From the NCBI GenBank assembly GCA_030390025.1, contig CM059431.1:115632001-115696000 (forward strand): a DNA stretch of 64,000 nt. The letters are read 5' to 3'. The translations under genes were made by a program, and so were the position numbers. The stretch's first letter is position 1; every line of letters begins with the position of its first letter. Source of the DNA: Squalus acanthias (taxonomy: Eukaryota). The notes under the pieces are model-generated. The model saw nothing but the letters and a program-made list of their open reading frames with translations, searched no databases and was not told where the DNA came from. Shown here in pieces: positions 37,691-49,638 of the stretch.

Positions 37691-39686
37691 ACAAAGACAC
37701 AATATGCCAAATGTATTTTACCATCTATGGGCAGTCCCGAGTGTAGGCCACATATTTACTTGTGGCATCGTGAGATGAGAATTCCTGCAGTTGCACCATG
37801 TTGGGCCATGGGACGTTTTACTGCATTGAAGCCGCTATATAAATGCAAGTTGTTGTTGTTGTTATTGGTAGTTTTCTTGCGTGTTTTTTTTGCGCAGTTT
37901 AAATCGCGAGTATTCAATTAAGCTGGGTCTTTAGCAACATAAAATGGGTAGAGAGGAGCAAATTATAATTAGGTAAATCAAGAAAAGTATGGTTTTTCGA
38001 GCACAGTTCTAATAGAGCCTCATCACCAATGCAGCCTTAAAGGCGATTTACTTACTAATTAAGTCAAGATGCAGCCCTTGTACCTGCAGTCTTGACTCCT
38101 ACTTTAACTGAAAGTTAATTCAGAGATGTCAAGGCACTTCTGGAACGTTTTTTGCTGGACTGTATAACGGTCTGTTAAATGGCCCGCTTAGGGCAAGAAA
38201 TCATCCCGACCACAACAGCGCACCAGTGACAGAGGTCTGAGTTGCAAAAGTGTTCCATTCTTCCCACTCTCGCAGTGGACAAAGCAAATACTGTTAAAGT
38301 GAATGTTCGAACCGTGCACGTTATGCACACCATCGATCCCATGATTCTTTCCCACTGGCCACTTCACCTTTTCCCTTCTGTCAGGTACATTTGTCGCCTA
38401 TGCCGGTGGTGTTCAGCTAATATTGAAATGGAGAATGGGGCCCCCGAGTAAAGTCAAATCTTGCTGAGATCACCTTTGGATTCGGCAATAATCTGATTAA
38501 AATTTGTACGTAGAGGAAATGATATACAGTACTTGCTTATTTTTGCATGTACTAAATGATATTAATTGTACTCACACTGCATTCTTCAGAATGCCAATCG
38601 GAATTGTTGACTCTCTGCCTGATAATGTGGTTGATTGTGTAACATAGTCTGAATTGAGATGATGCAGAAAATACTCTACTAGTCTTTTAAAAGCTGCAAT
38701 GACTATTAAAAGGCCAGTCTCCAAGTGGAGCTTATTGCTTTATCTCATTGGTGCTTTTTGCATTGATGCCACATTGTAAATTTTCACCATTGCTAAGCTC
38801 CACATCCAGCGCTAATACCTTATTTCCCTCTTGGAATGTCTTTAAGCTCACTCCCTCGCCTGATCCCTGACTCTTCTGCACCTATAAATCAAAAAAGTAC
38901 AACTTTGAAATTCCTCTCTGTCTTTCTGAATGAATGCTTGCTTTTCCTGTCCATTAACCTTCCTCTGGAATGTGCATTTACTGTCTGAGTCTCCGTCCGC
39001 CTTTATTCTCCTTTTAAAAACCGCCCTCCCTTCCTGGCACCAGGCTGCAAAGTAATATTTCCCCTTTTGCTGAATGAAGCGCACTTAACCGGGTGTTTGA
39101 TATGGTCTGAGGGCTCACAGAGAAGCACTGGAGCACAACCTGCTTTTATTTCACGGGGCTGTGGGAGTTCAGAGAGATGGGAGTCTCTTTCAAACCGAGC
39201 AGACACAGTGCTTAGCAAAAGAAAAACAAATAAAAGAATTATAATGGCTTTTTACATCACTTAATGCTTTTAAAATTCAAAATGTTAGCTGGACAGTGTC
39301 CTTTTTGTCTCAATGGCTAGATATGAAACATATACACAGTGGAGCATATCAAAATGAATATATATTACGAAGAGCAGGTTTTGTTATGGGTCAGCAAAGC
39401 AGTTACTAGCAATGTTAAAGAGGTATAGATGTTTGGTAAATCTCTTCTGTGTTTGCCAAGCAGAGCAACACAATGATGCATAAACGCACAATGAAATGTT
39501 CATTGCACTACCAGTGACGTGATTCTTTTCTGCCAAAGCAGATGATGAGGATCCCACCTGTTTCCCCTTCATGGCTACCAAATATCGTAGCATTTAAAAA
39601 TACAAATCTCGAAACTGCTGTCACTTATATTAGTGGGTGAATGTTTAAAGTATTTATATAACAAACTGCTACTATTTTAGTGGAGG

Positions 39687-39900
39687 AAAGAAAGAAAGAC
39701 TTGGGTTTATAGAGCGCCTTTCACAACCTCAAGACGTCCCAAAGCGCTTTACAGCCAATGAAGTACTTTTTGAAGTGTAGTCACTGTTGTAATGTGGGAA
39801 ACACGGCAGTCAATTTGCACACAGCAAGCTCCCACAAACAGCCATGCGATAATGACCAGATAATCTGTTTTAGTGATGTTGGTTGAGAGATAAATATTGG
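39687..39900 (-). mobile_element. SacSINE1/Deu-type SINE 3' half
   Basis: Closely similar to 9348-9545, with an (AAAG)n tail. Confidence 0.8.
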
Positions 39901-40148
39901 ATAATAGATATTAACCCATTGAGATTTGCAGGCGCTAAAATACCAGCCAGGGGAATGTCCCACGAAAGCGGTGAGTGTTTGCTCATTGAAAATGCTGACA
40001 ATAATTTTCCGGCTGCACTGTTTGCTTCCAGGCGATCGACTGAAGAACAGAGAGACCTGGGGGTTTATGTGCACAAATCGTGGAAGGTGGCAGGGCAGGT
40101 TGAGAAAGCAGTTAAAAAAACATACGGGATCCTGGGCTTCATCAATAT

Positions 40149-40376
40149 AATTGAGAGGTCGCACAACACCAGGTTATAGTCCAACAGTTTTATTTGAAAT
40201 CACAAGCTTTCGGAGCTATCGATCGCCCCTTCCTCAGGTGAAGTACTTCACCTGAGGAAGAGGCGATCGATAGCTCCGAAAGCTTGTGATTTCAAATAAA
40301 ACTGTTGGACTATAACCTGGTGTTGTGCGACCTCTCAATTTTGTCCACCCCAGTCCAACACCGGCATCTCCGCATC
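40149..40376. mobile_element. Penelope-like (family B) foldback insertion: 192-bp palindrome plus 3' tail
   Basis: Arms 40149-40244 / 40245-40340 match at 95/96. TSD CTTCATCAATATA (40137-49, 40376-88). The right arm and tail match 62719-62850. Confidence 0.92.
40200..40289. ncRNA. Pair of divergent minimal hammerhead motifs (40200-40241 minus, 40248-40289 plus)
   Basis: UCAC-CUGAGGA-A-GGGGC(GAUCGAUA)GCUCC-GAAA-GC-UU-GUGA. The plus copy has one stem II mismatch. Confidence 0.75.
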
Positions 40377-41825
40377 TTCATCAATATAGGCATAGAGTAC
40401 AAATGCAAGGAAGTTATGGTGAACCTTTATAAAACACTGGTTCGGCCACAACTGGAGTATTGTGTCCAATTCTGGGCACCGCACTTTAGGAAGGATGTGA
40501 AGGCCTTAGAGAGGGTGAAGAAAAGATTTACAAGAATAGTTTCAGGGATGAGGGACTTCAGTTATGTGGCTAGACTGGAGAAGCTGGGGCATAGAAGGTT
40601 AAGATGAGATTTGATCGAGGTGTTCAAAATCATGAGGGGTCGAGACAGAGTAGATAGAGAGAAACTGTTCCCCTTGGTGGAAGGGCCAGAGGACACAGAT
40701 TTAAGGTGATTGGCAGAAGAACCAAAGGCGACATGATGAAAAGCTTTTTTACACAGCGAGTGGTTAGGATCTGGAATGCATTGCCTGAAAGGGGGGTGGA
40801 GGCAGATTCAATCGTGGCTTTCAAAAAGGAATTGGATAAGTACCTGAAGGAAAAAAAATTGCAGGGCTACGGGGAAAGGGTGGGGGAGTGGGACTAGCTG
40901 AAGTGCTCTTGCAGAGAGCCGGTACGGGCTCGACAGGCAGAATGGTCTTCTATTGTGCTGTAGCCATTCTATGATTCTACATATGTGTCATTTTCAGGCT
41001 AGTTTCATGAACGCAGAAGTGTGTTCAGGCCAGCTGAGAAGCCAGAAGCCAATGCAGGACTATAATAAAAATGCTTTTTAAAAACTAAAATGGCGGATAT
41101 GAAATAAAGTGAGAAAATAACTTCCCGAGTGGAATTATTACACGTTTTACTTACTGAAGCTTACAATATGGACATGCAGAGGGAAGATTTCCTCTGTGTA
41201 GCAAAATCATAAACACATTCCTTATAAATGGGTTCATGGTTTTCTTGCACACAGAGGAAATTTTCCCTTGTAACTGGCTAACCAAAGGGGATATTGGTAC
41301 TTTAAACGAAGCTTCAAACAAAAGTATATGGAGGTTCTTTTGATGTTTGGAGTGAGGCTGATGGATTTCATTTTTTGGTACTTTTTGTTTATTATATTTG
41401 AGGGCCGTTGAGGGGTTTTCCGTGCAAAACTGGAGCAAATTAAACGATTCATTTTTAACAATGTTACATTGAAATGCAAGATCCAGCTCACTTTTCATTC
41501 ACCGGCTGGTTCCTTTCTGTAAAAGGAAAAATTGTACTGTTTCTTAGAATAAAAACACTGTAGATTCATCATTCACAGGAAAGGATGTTTTGACTTTTTC
41601 CCTGAGCTTCTGCAGCAGTCATCAAAGGGATTAGGATAAAGGGACAGTTCAAAACAAGTTCAGACCGCCATTTGAAACCCTTTTCAAGAGACGAGTCTCG
41701 GGAAATCCAGAACACTGTGGTTTTTCTGTACCAAAAAAAAATCATTAAATACTTTTACCTTATATGGGGATCTTTCATTTACCAACCGCTGCAAATCAGT
41801 GATGTTCCAAGGGCAGATTTCTCCA

Positions 41826-42718
41826 TTACTTAGCTGAAGGAATAGAGTGCCGTATATTCAAGTTTGCTGACGACACTAAGTTAGATGGCACAGTAAGTAA
41901 TGTAGATGGGAGCAGAAAGTTGCAAAGGGATATTGATAGATTAAGTGAGTGGGCAAAACTGTGGCAGATGGAGTTCAATGTGGGGAAGTGTGAGGTCATC
42001 CAAGTTGGACTGAGGAAAGATAGTTCAGCTTATTTTCTAAATGGTAAGAAGTTAGGAACTGTGGAGGAGCAGGGAGATTTAAGGTACAGGTACAGAAATC
42101 ACTAAATGCTAGGCCACAGGTACCAAAAAGAATTTAAAAGGCTAATGGAATGTTATTCTTTATCTCAAGGGGGCTGGAATACAAAGGAGTAAAAGTTATG
42201 CTACAGATGTATAAAGATCTGCGTTCAGTTCTGGACACTGCACCTCAGGAAGGACACATTGGTCTTGGAGAGCTTGCAGTGCAGATTCACCAGAATGATA
42301 CCGGGGCTAAACGGATTTTCCCTTGAATATAGAAGATTAAGGGGTGATCTAATTGAGGTGTTTAAGATGATCAAAGCATTTAATAAGGTAGATAGAGAGA
42401 AACTATTTCCTCTGGAGGAAGAGTCCAGAACAAGGGGACATAACCTTAAAATTAGAGCTAGGCCGTTGAGGGTTGAGGTCAGGAAGCACTTCTTCACACG
42501 AATGGTAGTGGATATCTGGAATTCTCTCCCTCAAAAAGCTGTTGAGGCAAAGTCAATTGAAAAATTCAACACTGATATAGATTTTTGTTAGGTAAGGGTA
42601 TTAAGGGATACGGAGCAAAGGCAGGTAAATGGAGCTGAGGTACAGATCACCCATGATCTATTTGTTTGGTGGAACAGGCTCGAAATGCTGAATGGCCGAC
42701 TCCTGTTGTTATGTTCTT
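41826..42718 (+). mobile_element. Decayed CR1 3' fragment
   Basis: KFADDTKL, QRDIDRLSEWAKLWQMEFN, RRLRGDLIEVFK, TRGHNLKI. Confidence 0.9.
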
Positions 42719-44091
42719 AGATACCTATAACACGGTATTTATCAAACAAAACTAAATATTTCATTGAAGTAGTCGATTCTGTGAAATTCTGACTGAGATT
42801 ATTGACAAAGTAACAAATAAATCTGGGCTGGGAAATTGGAGCTGTTTGCGCCAGCTGTTAAAGCCGGTTTGGGAAAAAAATGGCGGTCGGCTCGCTTCTG
42901 CCCACTTCCAGCACGGGTCGGCAGCGCTGCCATTGCCTGCGCTTGCTTCAGATATTTAGATGAGCCAGATTGTGACGTCAATCGGTGTGCAACACTGAAT
43001 TGACGCGTGATCTGGTATTTTGGACGTTGCTGCTCTTTTAAAAATTTTCATCTGCAGAAGGCAGCTCACCTTTAAGAGGTGCAGACTGCCTTTAAGAGGA
43101 GTGGGCTAGCTTTAAGTAAAGCTAGACTCGCTCGAACAACGGGAACTTCGGCCCCCTGCTGAGCACACAGCCTACCTGTCAGCAGCGCGTTCAGCACTGG
43201 GCTGTGCGCTGCAATCATTATAATTAGCAGGCAGCACAAAATTGACGTGTCGCTTTTTGTGAAGGGATAATTACTAGTCCTAGCCCCTTTAGGGCTACCC
43301 CAGATCAGGTGTATTCCCCAGATGTTCACTTTCAACTAAAGTTTGAGGTAGCTGAATCCTAAAGACGCTTAATTGGGTCGAACGGTCTGGACCATCTCTC
43401 CCTAAAGGAAAGGAACAACCTGAAGATGTTACCGTCCTCCAGATAGCACTTTTAATAAGTTTAGCTAGACTGTAACGTTCTGGATATTATGAGGGTTCGG
43501 ATAACTCCCCCAGAATTCTGCAACTCCTCACCAAAGAGCGTATAGAGATTGAGTTCGCAAGTTTGATACAGAAGTATTATGTGAGACAATTCTAAAAATA
43601 TATAGATTTATTAAAGAACCGACATATAATTACAGTAGGTGTTTCAATCGCAACATTAACAGTTCCAAAAAGAGAAAGCTTACAATTCTTATTTTCAGAT
43701 CTTAACTTCTCTACAGTTTTATAGTTCTTAGGGGGAGAAATTCAGTATCGCCCCATTTGGGGCGCAATTATCGGCCAGGCGCAAAGATTGGCGCCTGGTG
43801 CTAATTATCGCCTCCGACTGCAAACTTGACTTTTATCGCCCCTGGAGGTGATTGGAGCACTAAATCAGGTGCTACGCACCTGTCTTAAGGTGCAAAGGCC
43901 GAGGAGCGAGACGCTAACTCAGAGCGCGGGCGCAGCGCAGGTGCTGTCAGTTAGTGATGGAACACAGACACACTGCCGCCAGACAGTTCTTAAAGGGGAG
44001 GGTCGATCTTGCACTCCAGCCACAGCCTGCTCATTGGAGCCTTGAATCTCGGCCTGGAGAGACCTGTGCCTAAATCTTCCAGCCAAGGACT

Positions 44092-46072
44092 ATGGAGAGG
44101 GTGAGAGAACGAGCTCAGCGCTTCAGTGAGCGGGCCTTGGATGCTCTGGTTGGCGCGGTGGAGCGCAGAAGATCTATACTCTTCCCTGAGAGTGGCAGGA
44201 GGCCTTTGCCGCGCGAGTACAGAAGAGTGTGGAGGGAGGTGGCTCAGAGCATCTCCTCCAGGAGCATGGTGCCCAGGACCCATATACAATTACGAAGAAA
44301 GTTCAACGACCTCACTCGGATCGTCAGGGTGAGTGGCTTTTTTTCAATACCTCTCCATCCCTCCATCTTAACCTCACTCTATGGCCAGAGGGTCTTAAAA
44401 TCCCAATGCACAACACTCATCCATCACCTATGGCCCTCTCATGAAACATACACGCACGTTCCACACTTTGCATACAGTAAGGGCTATTCACCTATGGGAG
44501 GCACATCAGGCAAGGCCATGGCTGCATACAGTAAGAGCTATTCACCTATGGGAGGCACATCAGACAAGACCATGGCTGCATACAGTAAGGGCTATTCACC
44601 TATGGGAGGCACATCAGGCAAGACCATGGCTGCATACAGTAAGGGCTATTCACCTATGGGAGGCACATCAGGCAAGACCATGGCTGCATACAGTAAGGGC
44701 TATTCAACTATGGGAGGCACATCAGGCAAGACCATGGCTGTATATTTACTCAGACGCCATCCTTTTTCTTGCAGGCCAAGCTATCTCATAATAGGAGACA
44801 GCAGCAACGGACGGGTGGAGGGCGGCCTCAGCTGCAACCCCTCAGCGATCTTGAGGCACGCGTCCACAGGATTGTGGCAAGCCGGGTGATCGGTCCCGTC
44901 GCCACTGGAGACGCCGACCCCATTCTGGACAGCAATGGTAAGGTCATCACCTTTTTGTCCTCTGTCCTTCCACTTGTCCCTCACAACACCAGCCTTTGAC
45001 ACTTTCAATCCAACTTACTAAATCGCTGCACTCATTCCTCCCTTACTGCCCCCCTGTCTTCATGCTAAAGCCACTCTTGTACCTCCCTGCTTTCAGATGG
45101 TGATTCACCAGCTGAGGAGACGGGCCCTCAAGCTGCCAGTGGGAGTGAAGCTGCAGCCGAGGAGGAAGATGAAGGCGGAGCATCAGCGCCACCCTCTCCC
45201 TTGAAGCCCATGCCCACACTGGGAACACGCCTTCCCTGGAGGGGAGCAGGGGGGAAGGGTCTGATGAGGGTGAAGCTCCAGGACCCAGCGGGCTGCAACA
45301 ACGCCATGGGGTTAGGGAAGCTCAGGGGCCTTCTCCCCGGAGGGAGAGTATGCCAGCGAGTCCTACTGCACTGGACGCAGAGGAGGAGCGGCGCATCACT
45401 GAAATGAACACCCAGGCGGTGGACATGCACACTGAGCTCATGGGTGCAGTGGGAAGGGTGCCCGAATGCATTGAATCACTGGCAAGGCGTGTGGAGCACT
45501 TCGCTGCAGCACAGGCGGATGCCACGCAAATATTTAGTGCTGCAATTCAGTCAATGGCTGCCATGAACCCATCTCTGACTGCTCTCCTGCAGACTCATAT
45601 TGAGGCCACGCGAGCACTGACTGCTGCCATCCTCGATGGTTCGTACACATTTCCCCGGGGCTCTCACCGCGCCGCAGCAGGCCAGCAATCTGTGCTCCAG
45701 CAGATTGCTCCGGATGCTGAAGTGCTGCCCCGTTGGAGTGCCAGTGTGTCGGTCGAGCAGGAAGTTGCTGTCCTCTCTCAAGATGACAGCATTCCTGCTG
45801 CCACCACTGTCACTTCTCCACTGCACTTGCCACTGCCTGTAGGACAGACTGCTGCCGCCCATGCAGAGTTGGTGCAGTCTGCAGCCGGGCCCTCCAGGCC
45901 CAGAGCTGGTCGAGGCCGTCCTTCAAGGGCATCTGCAGTCTCAGGTTCTGACAATCAGCAGCCTTCCACCAGCCTTGCTGCAGCCACTGAGGTCCCATTA
46001 CGGAGGAGCAGTAGGGTGGGAAGGGGGGAAGTGCGCAAGGGAAGGAGATCACCCTCGAAGGGCAAAAAGTAG
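44092..46072 (+). pseudogene. Harbinger Myb/SANT-like DNA-binding protein gene; exons 44092-44328, 44775-44937, 45097-46072; frameshift near 45200-45240
   Basis: Trihelix-like RFSERALDALV...LFP...VWREVA...RTHIQLRRKFNDL, then AKLSHNRR...RTGGG. GT-AG introns in phases 0 and 1. The spliced frame stops at 45407 while another frame runs to 46072. Confidence 0.85.
44469..44740 (+). repeat. Tandem repeat, 5 x 54 bp, in intron 1 of the Myb-like gene
   Basis: Unit GCTGCATACAGTAAGGGCTATTCACCTATGGGAGGCACATCAGGCAAGACCATG, 0-2 substitutions per copy. Confidence 0.97.
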
Positions 46073-46388
46073 GAGGTGTGACAAAATGTTGGTCATTTTT
46101 TTATTAAAGGCTGAGGTTCGTGGTCAAACTTTTGAACATTATCTCCAGGTTATGAGAACCAGTTCTGTTAATGACTGTGTTTTTGTGTTTCTTTCTATTG
46201 GTTTGTCATGAGGAAATGACACACACAGAGTTTGCGAAATAAATAAGTTTTTGTATTCAAAATGTACATGTTTGGTCTTTGGAATCATTGCTGCCTTGGC
46301 CGGCTTAGGGGTTGCGGGTTGGTTTCATTCATGTTGTTCTCAATGGCAGAAGCCATTTCCTCAGCAGGGGCCTAGAAGTGGCTTGCTA

Positions 46389-47618
46389 TCAGCCGTTGAC
46401 GACGGCCCTTCCAGTTTCTACATTGTGGGCCTCCCTCCCGCCTTGGTGCTGCTGATGATCATCCTCCTCCTCTTCCTCCTCCTCTTCCTCCTCCTCCTCT
46501 CGTGGTGCTCTAAGGCCTGGTGGCATTGGCTGGGTTCTGAGGATTGCCAGGTTATGCAGCATGTAGCACACAACTACGAAGTGGGAAACTCGCTCAGGCG
46601 AGTACTGCAGGGCTCTTCCAGAATGATCCAAACAGCGGAACCGTTGCTTGAGCACGCCGATTGTGTGCTCAACGATGTTCCTGGTAGCTTGATGGCTCTC
46701 GTTGTACCGCAGCTCAGCAGGGGTATTGGGCGTACGGAGCGGTGTCATCAGCCAGGTGCTCAGTGGATATCCCTTGTCCCCGAGAAGCCAACCAACTGGC
46801 TGATGCGATGCCTGGAAAAGTTCTGCCACAGTAGTCTGGTGCAGGATGAATGCATCGTGGCAGCTGCCAGGATAGTGGGCATTGACAGCGAGTATCAGCT
46901 GTCTGTGGTCACAGACCAACTGAACGTTTAAGGAATGGAACCCCTTTCTGTTGCGGAAATCCTCGGCATTCTCATGCGGAGCACGCAAAGCCACATGCGT
47001 GCAGTCAATGGCGCCCTGCACCATGGGGAAGCCCGCTATCCTAGCAAAGCCCATTGCGCATTCTTGCTGCTTGTCTGGGGTCATGGTGAAAGTGATGTAC
47101 TCTCGTCTCCTTTTAAAGAGGGCATTTGTGACCTGACGGATGCAGCAATGCACCGCGAACTGGGAGACATTGGCGATGTCTCCAGTAGCTGATTGAAATG
47201 AGCCAGTGGCATAAAAGTTCAGAGCCACTGTGATCTTCACTGCCACCAACAGAGACGTCCTGGACCTCAGTTGAGGCTGCAGATCTGGCTGCAGCAGGTG
47301 GCAGAGCTCAGTGACTACCTCCTTGCTGAAGCGCAGCCTTCGCAAACACTGCTCCTCAGACATATTAATATATGTGAATTGTTGGCGATATACCCTGGGA
47401 GGGTAAGGTCTCCTGTACAGAGGCCTGTTGGCCCTCCTCCGTCTGGCCATGATTGCCACTCTCTCTCTGCGTCTCTGTGTCCTCCGATTCTGGTGGCGCA
47501 GGATGACGCCCCCAATCAGTGCAGCCCCTATAGTCTCTTGGCAATCAAAGTTATGAAGGTCAAAAACCAAAGTACCTGCAAAGTTATAATCAGTAGCCAA
47601 AACTATCTCACACAGCAT
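46389..47618 (-). CDS. Harbinger (HARBI1-family) DDE transposase, 409 aa open
   Basis: Motifs RLRFSKE, LNFYATGSFQ, FPMVQGAIDCTH, NRKGFHSLNVQLVCD, PGSCHDAFIL, LLGDKGYPL, RNIVEHTIGVLKQRFRCL, acidic tail. Confidence 0.93.
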   Translation of the reverse strand: MLCEIVLATDYNFAGTLVFDLHNFDCQETIGAALIGGVILRHQNRRTQRRRERVAIMARRRRANRPLYRRPYPPRVYRQQFTYINMSEEQCLRRLRFSKEVVTELCHLLQPDLQPQLRSRTSLLVAVKITVALNFYATGSFQSATGDIANVSQFAVHCCIRQVTNALFKRRREYITFTMTPDKQQECAMGFARIAGFPMVQGAIDCTHVALRAPHENAEDFRNRKGFHSLNVQLVCDHRQLILAVNAHYPGSCHDAFILHQTTVAELFQASHQPVGWLLGDKGYPLSTWLMTPLRTPNTPAELRYNESHQATRNIVEHTIGVLKQRFRCLDHSGRALQYSPERVSHFVVVCYMLHNLAILRTQPMPPGLRAPREEEEEEEEEEEEDDHQQHQGGREAHNVETGRAVVNG

Positions 47619-49638
47619 TGACTCAATGCAGAAGTCTCTCTTTCTCTCTCTCCGAATGTCTCTCTCTCTCTCTCAGAACGAGTGGTGCAAAAATGTCAAC
47701 CACAGAGAAGGACAGGAAGTAGCCCCCTTTAAATAGCGCCCCCCCAGCCCCACAGCAACTGGGGAGCGTTCCAGTCTTCCGGTCGTTGGTTGCGCCAGGC
47801 AGAAAGGATGGGGGCGCCTCTCAATTTCCGCTCCGGGGCGCCATAAGGGCGTTGCACCCTCGTATGATGTCAAGATCTGCGTGCGCAGGAGATCGCGGCG
47901 GTAAAGTTTAGTGCCGCCGCAAAATGTCCAGTTAATTTCGCGAGCGGCGCAAACATCGCTGCGCCCGGGCGCTAGTTGCTTTGCGCCCCATTAGCGCCCT
48001 CTTAAGGCATTAACGGGAGGTGCAACCAACTGAATTTTTCCCCCTTAGTCTTTATTCCAGGATATCCACCAAAATCAAATACAGTACAATACCTTGATCC
48101 CCGAGGTACAAAGAGTTGTAGACTTACAGAGCCGCCTCTGAAGCCTGAGAATTGCTTTGCCCCTTTACAGTGAGACTATCATCCCATTTGAAAGTTCAAT
48201 ATTTATATCCTTTTTCAGTGGTATTTCCTTTGAAGTTTTCTGCTGATGTAAGCTAATTATCTCTAGTCATTTTTCTGCTGACCCCTGCTATTCTTACAGT
48301 CACCTCAGCTGGTAGCAATGAAGAATTATGTCTCTACCTCAGGTGTCCCAAGCCCACCATAAAAAACAGTGTCACAGCAGGTGCATCTTTTACTTGATGT
48401 CATTTTTACAAAGGCATATGTTTCTTAATTTTATGTGTTTCTTTCCAAAGTGTAATTTAGAACACCTTAACAGGGTGTACCATTGTGTTCTTTCCAACGC
48501 TTCAGACTTCAGGAGCCTCCAACCTCCTGTTTCAATAAGGTTATTGATTCAGTGCCAACAACTTATCTTATCCCAATAGCCTGAATGCTGTTAACAATAC
48601 AGCTTCTCCATTGTTAGGTTTTTAGATTTTCAAGCCCAGTTTGTCATGTTTTAATAAGGCCAGAATTCTTTCATAGAATGGTGTATTTTTCTGAATATGG
48701 CTTATTCCTTCACATTTGAACGGGCGCCTGGCGGAACCCGCGCCCATTTTTTAGTCGTGTTGAATTCCTGGGCCCTGGAATGTCTGAATAATCGGCTCCA
48801 AAATGTTTGTGGACCTGTGTGTGGTACTTGTTGAATGAAACTATTAGTGCTATTAATGGTTCAAATTTTTAAAATTCCCTAAATTTGTTTTAATCTTACT
48901 GTAATAACATATTTTGTGTTCTTTTGAAAAGACTAATTTGAAATGTGTGCAAGAATTCAGTTGAGCTTGGAGTATTTTTTTCACTGTTAAAACTACCTTC
49001 AGCTTTTTACGTCTTATATTTGGTAAGATTTCTTCATTCAAATAGATGAAAAAATAGCAAGGTAAAAGGATTGCAATTATTTTTTTTCATGATTTTATCC
49101 CCCTAAGGGCTCGATTTTGCCAGGGATGAGGAGGCAGGTTTGGAGGCGTGTGAGGTGTTAAAATGGCAAAAAAATGGCGGGCGGGCCCGATCCCGCCTCC
49201 ATCCCGCCTCCGAGCAATTTTCCCAGAATTGGGGTTACAGACCCCATTTCCATCCCGCCTCCAAGAGGCGGGATAGGCTCTAAAGGCCCTTAACAACCAC
49301 TTAATTGCCTCTATAATCCAATTTTGAGAGGCCTTTCTGATTTTTAGACATTTACCCCATCCTACACGCCTCCTCTGGAACATGCCAGGTAATCCTGGCG
49401 GCCTCACAAGTGGATTGCTTAGTAATAGCTGCAGCTCCACCATTAAAAAGGAGTTTTCAGCAATCATCATTTGCAGGTGGCAGAACTTTGTTGTCTCAGG
49501 TCTGGGGGAACTCTTAGCAGGCCTACTCATTGTTGTGGATGTTTGTAGCCTGAGACCCATCTCCAGTGTGACCTCCTGGGAAACCTCTCTCCCCACCTTG
49601 ACTGAGCACTTCCTCATACTGAGGTATATAGCAGACGC

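Larger units (their letters stand above)
40041..40979 (+). mobile_element. CR1 3' fragment interrupted by a Penelope foldback insertion
   Basis: EEQRDLGV...GILGFINI | GIEYKCKEVM...RPQLEYCVQFW...FFTQRVVRIWNALP, with a TTCTATGATTCTA tail. Confidence 0.9.
43731..48044. mobile_element. Near-intact two-gene PIF/Harbinger DNA transposon (4314 bp)
   Basis: TIRs GGGGGAGAAATTCAGT / ACTGAATTTTTCCCCC (15/16), TTA TSD (43728-30, 48045-47), convergent Myb-like and transposase genes. Confidence 0.96.
43471..48673 (-). mobile_element. Probable solo LTR (~890 bp: 43471-43730 plus 48048-48673) split by the Harbinger
   Basis: TGTAAC...TTTCA termini, flanks TAGAC/TAGAA. Minus-strand TATAAAT near 48200 lies upstream of AATAAA at 48051 and 43607. 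Confidence 0.55.
42826..48774. mobile_element. Harbinger-type MITE split by nested insertions (own sequence ~42826-43257 and 48715-48774)
   Basis: TIRs GGCTGGGAAATT / AATTCCTGGGCC, CTG on both flanks (42823-25, 48775-77). Confidence 0.65.

Noticed and set aside
40305..40607. ORF sharing its N-terminus with 62779..63090 (MDYNLVLCDL...)
   Set aside because: The shared part is the non-coding PLE tail read from a TTG. The rest is CR1 or flanking DNA.
44469..44740. Regular repeat array resembling CRISPR
   Set aside because: Head-to-tail 54-bp units with no unique spacers, no cas genes, and a eukaryotic transposon intron context. It is a VNTR.
46389..47618. Host HARBI1 gene
   Set aside because: It lies within TIRs and a TSD next to a Myb partner and has decayed relatives in the window, so it is a transposon ORF and not the domesticated gene.
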